A program made the translations under genes and the position numbers. From Macrostomum hystrix (lineage: Eukaryota > Animalia > Platyhelminthes): DNA of 64,000 bases. Under the pieces are notes generated by a model, which worked only from the letters and a program-made list of their open reading frames with translations, was not told where the DNA came from and did no database searches. The DNA lies in contig CATNEN010000039.1 of NCBI GenBank assembly GCA_950097015.1, positions 20,398,001 through 20,462,000 of the forward strand, written 5' to 3'. Shown here one piece after another: positions 25,921 through 35,800 of this stretch (position 1 is its first letter; each line of letters begins with the position of its first letter).

Positions 25921-26987
25921 GACGCGCCTAATCCTTCGACCGAGAGGTCAGCAGGGCAGGCGGCAAGGTCAACTCGTGTTCACTCTGAATAAAATTAGCA
26001 AAAAAGTTAGATTAGCAAAATAACTTTTGATAACGAGAAGTTGACTACGGCTCGCATATACTATGTGATTTCGGGTTATTTATCCCAATTCAGCTGCGTT
26101 CAGCAACTTCAAATAGTTTGTTACAAGGCACAATTGCAAATTTTTTTGTGTCATGAACATCTAGTACAAGTATAATACAGTCTAATTTCTAAAAACGAGA
26201 AGGTAAAAATATGAAAACGATTGGAATAAGGCTGTTGACAGTCGAATCTCATTTGAATTTTGAACGCTAAGTTTCGTAAAACTTACGAAAAGCACTTTCT
26301 ACCTTTCTCTGTGCTATCGAGGTGGGAAAATTATGCCCAAAATCACTTTAAAACCTGGTCGGTGTCGTTAATCATATTTTTAGGGACAGACACAGAAATA
26401 CTTTCTAAATTTTTAATCACTAAAGCCTTACAGTTTACGAGCCCTAACAATGTGGATAAACGCATAAAACAGAAGTGTCTTTAAAAATTCCAAGGCATTA
26501 TAATATTTGAAACTGGCTGTCCATAAAGAAGGCAATAAAATGTGCTTGTGCAGCTATTATCTGTGCATAACGAAGAACTTACTTATCGTATCCTTCTTTG
26601 TCAGTTAGTAGACATTATAATTATGTGTTATCAGAAGACAGAGTAGATTCACAAAAATATGATGTCCTTGTAATGATGATCAATTTCGGCTCAGTTTTAT
26701 GCGCTTATCCGCAGTTAAATGAACAAGGTACAAACATTAAAACGTAATTTGATTCTGTGTTTAGTGCTGTACTTTCTAACCCACGTTTACAGTTTAATGG
26801 TCGAGCGTAGCTTGGTTGGAGGTTAAACCGGGGGGTTGGGGGCTTGTGCATTGGTGCGGAGGTGCATGTACGTTGCCTGGTCGCGGGGCCGCCCCCCTCT
26901 TGGGGTCGGCCTTGCCCAGCCCTATTTAGTGTGGCGCGCTGTGCGCCGGCGCGTCTCTCCGAGAGGCTTATTGATTTTTTTTGTGCC

Positions 26988-28106
26988 ATGGCTGACCGTG
27001 AGAGCTTACTGCAGCTTCGCAAGGCGGCCTTGCAAGCGTTGTGCACACGCGCAAATGTTAGCAATCGCGGTAACAAGACCGAACTCGTCAGCGCCCTTCT
27101 ATCGGCTCCGGACCAGTCATGGACAGAGGCCTTGCAAAACTTGGAGCGGGGCTCAACAGGATCGAATGCAGATGACGAGATCGTGGCTGGGGCGGCTCGG
27201 GAATCGGCGGTGGGCCTGGACGAAGACATCGCGAAGGCGCAGAAGGAGATCAGACTGCTTCAGCTACGCAAAGAAGCTGCTCAACTAAGGAAGGAGATCG
27301 GCAGCCTGGAAAGCGAGCGTCCGACGGCGCAGCCGAATAACCGCAGTGAGTTTACCAGACCTGTTGACCCTGATTGCCTCTTTGAATTGCGGGATGATCA
27401 GGAACAAGAGCAAGAGAATCGCAATGAGCTGCTGGAAAGACTGCTGTTACAGGACAGGGCGAATCCGAGTGCCGCGTGCCCTGGCCGGCGCAAAGCTCTT
27501 CTGATTCGCGACTTCTTGGATGGTTTTGAGCAGAAAGAGGTCCTGGCTAATGGAGCTGGAGGGCGAATTACTTACAAGAGCAGAAAGCCGAGCCCTGACA
27601 GTATCACAGCAGCGCAGTACATGGTCGGCAATTGCAGACTGATGATGCGGATGATCAAGGACGGAGATTTAGTGATTGAAAAGAACGGATCTGTAGATAC
27701 CACCAATTTGATGAATTATCTGCGCTACTCGATCCAGATTGGCGAGCTGTTCGAGGCTGGCTTCAGCCTGGCTCAGGTGAACCGATTTGACGAAGACTAT
27801 CGCTGCAAACAGGCCGAGACCGGCATGCGCTGGGGCAAGGAGTCCTTTCAGCTTGTGGCGAAGCATTTGATCAAAGCCGGAGCTCCTGCCAATCCGGCAG
27901 CAAATAAGTCAGCATCGCAGTCTCGGCAGCAGCGCTTTCAGAACCAGAAGCCAATAGACCCCAGGAGCCTCAGGACCCCAGACGGGGAGGAAATCTGCTT
28001 GCATTTCAACCACAGGGGTTGCTTCCGGTCAAGTTGCAAATTCCGGCACATCTGCCGCATCTGCTTTGAGGCCCACCCTGAGGCCAACCACCCCACAAAA
28101 AACTAA
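26988..28106 (+). CDS. Gag-like ORF1 of the YR retrotransposon (N-terminal SAP/HeH-like motif, coiled coil, C-terminal Cys/His finger)
   Basis: MADRESLLQLRKAALQALC...GNKTELVSALL; FDEDYRCKQA...RWG; ICLHFNHRGCFRSSCKFRHICRICFEAHP. Confidence 0.85.
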   Translation: MADRESLLQLRKAALQALCTRANVSNRGNKTELVSALLSAPDQSWTEALQNLERGSTGSNADDEIVAGAARESAVGLDEDIAKAQKEIRLLQLRKEAAQLRKEIGSLESERPTAQPNNRSEFTRPVDPDCLFELRDDQEQEQENRNELLERLLLQDRANPSAACPGRRKALLIRDFLDGFEQKEVLANGAGGRITYKSRKPSPDSITAAQYMVGNCRLMMRMIKDGDLVIEKNGSVDTTNLMNYLRYSIQIGELFEAGFSLAQVNRFDEDYRCKQAETGMRWGKESFQLVAKHLIKAGAPANPAANKSASQSRQQRFQNQKPIDPRSLRTPDGEEICLHFNHRGCFRSSCKFRHICRICFEAHPEANHPTKN

Positions 28107-29701
28107 TAGCGGCGGTGCCCAATTTTAAACCCGAAAACCCGTCCAGTGAGTATCAATTTTATAATATCAATTTTATCAATCCAACTGCTCAGAGTGGAGG
28201 AGCTAGTCTGCGTTTTTGTTCGTGGAAGTCGGAGCTGTTGGATGATCCGGATCGCGATTTTATTTTAGACGGCATCGCTAATGGTTTTCGCATTACTGAT
28301 GGCGAATTGCTTTAGGAAACTTTTCATGCTAATTGCATGTCAACCGATGCTTATCATCGTGCTGTTGAGCTGCAGATTAAAGAGGAGATCGACAATGGAA
28401 GATACCTGGTGGTTGCCGAGAAGCCAACTATGATGAGCCCTCTTGGCGCCATTGCTAAAGACAATGGGAAAGTTCGCCTCATTCACGACTGCAGCAAGCC
28501 CATAGGCTGCTCGGTTAATGACAACTATTCGAAAAAGCTCAGCCCAAAGTTCGAGTCCGTCAAGGAACAAGGACCAAGGACCAAGGTCAAGGAAGGCTGG
28601 TTTATGGCTAAGCTCGATCTCTCCCAGGCCTACAGAAGTGTTGCTATTCACCCGGAGGACTATCAGGCGACTGGCATTGGATGGCGTTTTAAAGGCAGTC
28701 AAGACCTGACGTGGCTCGTTGACACACGGCTGCCATTCGGTAGCTGCGCCTCGGTCGAGATTTTCTACCGACTGACCCAGGCGGTCAAGAGAATGATGGT
28801 GCGGCGTGGCCATAGCAACGTGTCAGTCTACCTGGATGACTTCCTGGTTGCCGCGGAGAGTAAGGAGGAGTGCATGAAGGCCCTTAACGAGCTGATCAGG
28901 TTGGTACGCGAACTCGGATTTGGCGTCAACTGGAGCAAGCTGGTGGAGCCAACTCAATGTCTGGTGTACCTCGGAGTTAAGATCGATACCGTGCGTGGCG
29001 TTCTCGGTATTCCGGCTGAGAAGTGTGAGGTGTTGCGCGATACTCTGCTTAGCTTCTCGCAGCGTAGGCGCCTCTCGAAGCGCCAGCTTTCGTCGCTCTG
29101 TGGCAAGCTCAGTTGGGTCATTCAGGTGGTGCATTCTGGGAGCTGTTTCCTCAGGCCCCTGTTCGACTTGCTAAATGCTCTTCAAAAGCCACATCACAAG
29201 ATCCGCGTTTCCGCTGACACCGTGCGTATTTTATTCTGGTGGCGTAGCGCCCTTCTGCAGTTTCCTGAGTTTCAGCTTTGGACGCGTCATTCGAATTCCT
29301 GGGTCATCGAGACGGATGCCAGCAGTGTTGGTGGTGGCGCTATTTTGCGAAATGCTAACGGCATGATTGATTGGCTGTACGTCAACTGGGAACTGGATGC
29401 CGCAGGAGTGTTCAAGGACATGCATATCACGTACAAAGAAGCCATTGTTCCTCTCCTGGCGATGGTGCGCTGGAGTGCTTTGCTTAATAATAGTTCTGTG
29501 GTGTTCTACTCTGACTCTAGCGCCGCTGTCGGCATGATTAATAGAGGTTGCTGCCGCAAGTCTGAGTTACAGCCGCTTTTTCAGACTGCCATGCTAATCG
29601 CAGTTAGGCGCGGTGTCGAAGTTCGTGCGTTTCATGTGCCTGGTTGGTACCAGCTTTTCGCAGATCCGTGCTCTAGACTGCACACTGTGTGCAAGATGTG
29701 A
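28082..29701 (+). pseudogene. Reverse transcriptase + RNase H of the YR element, with an in-frame TAG at 28313-28315
   Basis: FILDGIANGFRI, SPLGAIAK, KVRLIHDCS, AKLDLSQAYR, LPFG, VYLDDF, YLGVKID, IETDAS, FYSDS, ADPCSR. ORFs 28115-28315 and 28337-29701 share a frame. Confidence 0.9.
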
Positions 29702-29716
29702 GACTTTTTATTTCGT

Positions 29717-30790
29717 GTGTATGGAACAGTTAACTGTAGCGCTACTGAAATTGCAAGCCACGCTTTCTGCCGTTCTGCTTCCGCGTTTCTCTTTTTGCAG
29801 GCCGCTCCCGACCGGCTCAGCCAGCGCTGCGCATTTCTCCTCGGCAATGCATTCGCTCCCCACACGAAGCGGAGTTACCGGTCGCAGCTCGCGTCCTGGT
29901 TGCGTTTCTGCAGTTCCAAGCGCTTGACACCAGCCCGAGCGCAGCCGGTACACGTGGCTGAATACCTGGCTGAGCTGTCCAATCGGCTAACCGCTTTCCG
30001 CAGTTGCCATGCGTATGCGAACGCAGTCTCTTTGTACTTCAGAGCGATTGGTCGGCCGGACCCGTGCGAGACACCGATGGTCAAGTGGGTGCTTCGCGGC
30101 CTTCGCCGGTTTCTCGGTCGACAACAGCAATCGAAGGAGCCAATCCGAGTCGCCGATCTTCTCAAGCTGCACGCCTATCTTGACCAGAAATCACGCAAAG
30201 ACATCGCTTTCTGGTCGGCGATTCTGACGGCCTGGTGGGGAATGCTGCGAAAGGCGAATGTCACCACGCAGGCAGGGGAGCTCGATCTGGTGCGCGATTT
30301 GTCAGCGTCGAGTGTCACCTTCTCGGAGCGCGACTGTGAGCTGGTAATGAAGCATTCCAAGACGAACCAGTTTGGCAACAGAGTTCAGCGTGTGTTTCTC
30401 CCGAAGCTTCCGGATGGCGGGCTAGAGGCCATTTGCCCGTACCGAGCTCTGAAGCAGCAGCTGGCCGCCAACCTGGTGGATCAAGCCCCTGGTCCTGTTC
30501 ATCTTTTTGCGACCAGGTCGGCGAACGGGTGGACGGCCCTGACAGCTAGCGGTTTCGATGGCCGCCTCCGATCTCTGTGCGCTGCGGCGGGTTTTTCGCC
30601 GCGTGTCTTCACAGGCCATGGGCTGCGGCGTGGCGGCGCTACGACGGCGATGCAGCTCGGTGTTCCTCTGCCGGTAATCAAGCAGCTCGGTGACTGGAAG
30701 AGCGGCTCTGTGTTTCGCTATCTGTCTGTGCAGGACTCGGATGCAAGGGCAGCCGTGCATGGGCTGGCGCGTCGCCTGGGCGCTCTCTAA
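29717..30790 (+). CDS. Tyrosine recombinase (phage-integrase family) of the retrotransposon; start uncertain
   Basis: AFAPHTKRSY, GMLRKAN (catalytic R), HSKTNQ (K), GHGLRRGGAT (HxxR), LGDWKS (W), FRYL (Y). Confidence 0.93.
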   Translation: MYGTVNCSATEIASHAFCRSASAFLFLQAAPDRLSQRCAFLLGNAFAPHTKRSYRSQLASWLRFCSSKRLTPARAQPVHVAEYLAELSNRLTAFRSCHAYANAVSLYFRAIGRPDPCETPMVKWVLRGLRRFLGRQQQSKEPIRVADLLKLHAYLDQKSRKDIAFWSAILTAWWGMLRKANVTTQAGELDLVRDLSASSVTFSERDCELVMKHSKTNQFGNRVQRVFLPKLPDGGLEAICPYRALKQQLAANLVDQAPGPVHLFATRSANGWTALTASGFDGRLRSLCAAAGFSPRVFTGHGLRRGGATTAMQLGVPLPVIKQLGDWKSGSVFRYLSVQDSDARAAVHGLARRLGAL

Positions 30791-32877
30791 CTCAATCTTT
30801 TTTCTGTTCCCTGCTTCTCCTTTCCGTTTTGGGTTTGGGCCAGGTTCGAACTTGAGCCTGCCGTGCCAACCGCCTGGCTTCGACTCACTGGTTTAACTAA
30901 AATATAAAGTATTGAAGTTCATGAAGTATTACCGCGATAGCTTCATAGTTTTCGCATGTATAATCTGCAAATGTACATTTCTATTGTCTTGTTGTATTAG
31001 CTATTCCTAGCAGCTGTACATTGCTACTAAAAGTAGTTTAATAGCGACAACTAGACAAAATAAGACACTACGAGGCACAAACCCCTATGATTAAATTTCC
31101 TAATACTGAACCCAAATTTGCACAAACTCTGAGGCGGAGCACACTTTTACGTGGCTGTCAGCTCCGACTTTATTACAATAGGACTACCAAGCCATTTCGC
31201 CGCCCATTTTTTATACAAAGGGAGGAATTTCCCACCACCCTGTAATTTTTTGGCAGCGCTTGAGTGCTAACAGCGTTGGGTAGTGACTGATTGGTTGACA
31301 GACTAGGCGATGGTGTCCTGTGGTTGAGCTGCACCAAATATTTTCGCTTAAACAGTGAAATTTGAGAAATTCACGTCAGGGTGCCCATAGTGGCCTAGTT
31401 CCACCTTTTGTAGCCCTTGAAGGTCCAGCAGTCCGTCTAGATAAAGGTAGGTGACCACCAAAGACGGAGATGATGCAGGCACCTTCGGGTGACATGCTGA
31501 TAAATTTTGAAGGCCTGGCAAGGCCGCACTGAGGCGCAGTGCTAATTTGTGTATAGGGGTGTATGAAATACACTAGCGCTGAAGGAAAAAATCTGATCTT
31601 TGTCTAGAAACATTAAGTATCTTAACGGTGTGAAGAGCTGGTGACTTGGTTATTGTTTCAGAAGATGCGCAACAAAAAATTCGGTCCATGTTCGCGAGTT
31701 TTCGTGTGCTTGAATTCTTCCGTTCGGGTGCAGCACAAATAATTGCCAGGAGGGAATTACCCGCCCTTGGTAGTTCTACTTTAAATCTCGTCCACAAATG
31801 GAGTCGAATTTGTTATGTATTTAGAGTATTCGTTAGCCTTTCTAAAGTTTTTCAAATTTATATATTTTTATACCACGAGTAATTGCACTAAATTGAGTTT
31901 TCGCATTAAGGAGACAGCATTTTGATGAAGCCAAATTACCGTAGTTCCAAAAATACGTGTCGTATTTTATTCAGTCTGCACTCCACTCTTGCTTTAACGC
32001 TTGTATTTACAATCTTTGTCGCCCGAGCTCCTAAATCTCGTCCTGAGAGGTTACTGAGAGGTTTGGCCACAGATATAAAGCTAACTTGTGCAAAGGAAAA
32101 CGGTGGCGACGGGGGTGGGTGAGAGAGACGCTCAGCCAATCACGCGAGCGGGATAGGTTCGAAGACACGTTTCAAGTCATGGTGAGTGAGAAAGGTTGCA
32201 CACCATGGAAAATAATAAAAGAAAGTTGGAAGTGCGCAATTCAAAGAGGATTTCAGGATTCACAACACTATCCAGATTTTAAGGGAGATTGCGGAATAAA
32301 GATAAAGCTTTTCTTTTTCAAAGACCGTTAATTTTTATAGCCATTCATCTAATTAATCGATTAATCTATCTCAAGGCCTGAAACCTGAATTATAGAGCTT
32401 TTTTCCTCGCATAAACTCTTTGTGACCGGTGCCACCTCCCCAAAAGGTAAGTCAATTTCATTATATGTGTCACAGTTTCCTGCTGCATCGGAGTGCCCTA
32501 GGACAGTGTCACTCTAAGTCTACCCTTAGACAGCTAATGTTGTAAGGGCTATTCGATCAGCAGCAGCTATGAAAAAATCATCATCGTTAAATTATGCATT
32601 TACAACTGTCAAAAATGATTGCCAGGAAATAATTATGACAAGCTTAATTGCAATATTATTATTTTCAAAGTAGCAGTGGTGGCTTCTGATCACTGCAGAC
32701 ACCTCAGTGGAACGCTCTCCGGCCAATGGGAACCTGGCTTTGGGCTATAGCTGATCCTATTAAACTACCTGTTGCTACGTTAATAAGCGTCTGCAGCAGT
32801 TAAAATTCTAATGCACTTAAGCATATTCAGGTAACGAAATCAGGTAAATACCGGACTTATAGAGACTGTTTTCAGAG

Positions 32878-35800
32878 ATGGTGCCTCATCCATGCACCAC
32901 AACTTCTTTCTTTCTGACCCTGTGCATGGCCCTAATGGTCAGAGGCCAGGATATCGGTAAGCTATGCTTTTTGTGCTTCTTTCTATTTCTTTGTTTACAA
33001 GCACAGTATGCGGTAACTTGCACTCTAGGGCCCAGTCAGCTTGCCAAGCTCGCTCGGTCACCAGCTGGCCTCGGCGCCTACATGCCTTCAGCCTGGGCTA
33101 TACCAAAGTCAACAGTGGCCAATCAGGGCCAGCTATCGTTGAATCTCAGAGCCACAGCAGCTGGGCCGTTCATCCAGGGCGCCTACCTGGCCGAGTTGCC
33201 GGTGTGGATCTACTTTCCATTCGACTTTACCGTCACTGGCTTCCTGGTCTATGGCAATATGACGCGCTCGACCAGCCCACCGGGTCGGATTACGCATTTC
33301 AAGGCGGGCTACTCAGTGACCAAATCCTACCTGACCAGTGGCAGTACAATTTACATTCTGGATGGATCTGGCTCAGAGGTGAGAGGCTGAATCCAATTTG
33401 ATAGTTAGTATTTTAAATAAGGACAAAGGGCCGGCAGCCTTTGACGACGCCATTTCGCATTCCGCCGACCCCCCAATTAAATGTAACTCAAAACTGTCAA
33501 ATGTTAAGCGTAAAAATTGTTTACAACAAAGACAGGATTGCGCAAAGTGATATCAAGAAATTTCAAAACATAATACTTTTTAAGAGAATCTACACCGTTA
33601 CCTACGCGGGTCCAAGCGAGCCAAGCATGGTACTTCTAAACGTTTCCATAGTAACTCAGCTGGCACTGTTTGAAGTTGTCGCTTGTCAGACGGCCTGTGT
33701 GCTGCAGCTTGATCTTATTGGATACCCCAGTCCAACAGGTACGAATTCTGATATAGCAACTAGACTTTTGTATTAGCCCCATGAATTTTGGCATAAACAA
33801 CTATCTAATCTTATTGTAAACAAATTATCCTCGTGAGCAGCCTGTCCTGCCATAGCAACTGCTGAGTACACTTGGTCGATCGCGAAATCTGCTCAAGAGA
33901 CGGTGGTGATCCTGAACTTCACCCGAATCTACTACCTGACCAGCTTTGTGCTGCGCGGACTAGCAGCCGACACCAGCTTCTGGGTTTCGTACCAAAGTGT
34001 GCTTGGAGAGCCCGCACAGAACTTGACTCACGCGTGGAACTCCAGCCTCTATGTGGTAATGATAAGAAAATCATAACTCTGCAGGAGGGCTGTGGGCAAT
34101 GACAAATCATTTGGTGACAGTAGACCCGCAGTTAGCGATTAGTCAATTCTGCCCATTGACATATAACCAAGTGTGTGTAAACGTCTCAAGCTCGTGTATA
34201 GTTTATGGCCCAAATGCCATCAAAGAAATAGATTGAAGTGTGCAGTAAATTCCGCAACTGTGCGGTAAATGATGCCCCACTTGATCTCCGTGCCATCCCT
34301 CTTCTGAGCTACTATGCAGTAAATCCCAGACGGGTATTGTCTATGGGCCGAAGGAGCTGGTCTTGCGCACACACACTTGGTCATAAATCAATGCACTTAT
34401 GCTAGGCTTCCGAGTGCGTAAATAGTCTTGGCACGAGTGCGCGCAGCGCACAAGTGCCATAGACTATTTACGCACTAGGAAGCCTAGCATAAATCTACCA
34501 TTTCGCTGACTCCTGGGCACGCTACAGGCACACGGTCACACAGGTGGTCACACAGGTGTGTTTATCTGCCCTGACTTTCTCATCGTCAAGCAGTTTACAC
34601 TTCACTGTGCCTTGGAGGTTGGCGCTCTAGGGCGTAAATTGCACGACAAGCCTCCAAGCCTTCTCTCTGCGGCTGCGCCCTAAATGAATGTGGCCTCTTC
34701 ACGGATTCGAGCTCAGGGATCTTGGTGAGAGAGGCAAACTCAATAATAGCTCTGCTACTCACCCCCTCCTATTAGTACGTTGCAAGAAATTTTATATCAT
34801 TTGTTTTAGCTAAGGAATTTGTACTTTGTATTTGGGATTTTAGACTTTCCTTTTGTGAAAAAACCACTTTGAGTCTTAAACTCTGTTTTTAGTTTCCGGT
34901 GTCCTACACTGACGAGCGCTTCATTGTGCCGTTCATTCTGACACCGCTGCAGCTGCGGATTCACCTGTCGCCGACATCGGCAGTTACCTCGGTTGAAAGC
35001 CTGACTGGTTGCGCTATTGAGAGTGAGTATTTTCAGGCCACTTCATCCACTTCCTGAAAAATCGGAATGCCATGCTCTTTTCCTGTTTTTTTTTTCAAAT
35101 GGAACGCAGTTGTTTATCAGCCATTATCGCATTATTCTCATTCATTTACGTCGGAACTGCATGGATACACACACTGCTAGGCAAAGCAAGCAGTGTCCTG
35201 TCTAGTTGGAACGATAGCCTCCTACCCTATTGCTGGCTGAATATGGCCAGAAATAATTGCACTGAATAATTTATAGCTAGGCCACATCGCGTTGGCCACT
35301 AATTAAATTAGAAATAAATACTTTGACTGACAATTTAGCAGCATATTGAAACTATTCCCGCTAGCAAACAGCTTCTGATTAAAAATATTGTATTTAATCA
35401 ACGAGAAAGATTGTGCATAATTTTCATGCTCAAATCCAAATTATTGCCTACAACTTTATCGACAACAAAAATCCTATAACGTTAGTTTCAGACAGTAAAC
35501 TTCGACTAGGTAGCTGCAGTCATCTTATATTCATTTGCCTGCTCCCCTTGTCTATCTCGCCAATGCATTATATTATGCCATATCCCGCGTAGCAAAGGGA
35601 AGATTTTTACACGTTGTGCATTGTCTATGGTCCACTGTGCAATGGGCAATTAAGCATTAGTTGGTGACAGTCGACACGCACTCGGCGAGTAGGTTGTGAT
35701 TACGCCATTCCACTGACCATTACGCCATTACGCCAAGCACGCGCATGAGCAGTTGTGTACTTTTGCCTTTAAGTTCTTTAAGTTCTTAAGGCATTTAACT

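Larger units (their letters stand above)
26800..30900 (+). mobile_element. Tyrosine-recombinase retrotransposon (DIRS order, Ngaro-like), near full coding region, probably inactive; ends approximate
   Basis: gag, RT/RNase H and YR in order in a GC-rich block. No methyltransferase domain is visible between RNase H and YR. Terminal repeats could not be delimited. Confidence 0.9.

Noticed and set aside
28558-28598. (caagga)-like microrepeat in RT giving VKEQGPRTKVKEG
   Set aside because: Most likely local slippage or an assembly artefact in a decaying copy; no evidence of function.
29717-30790. Phage integrase, prophage or bacterial contamination
   Set aside because: The recombinase follows gag and RT/RNase H in DIRS-order arrangement, within intron-containing eukaryotic DNA.
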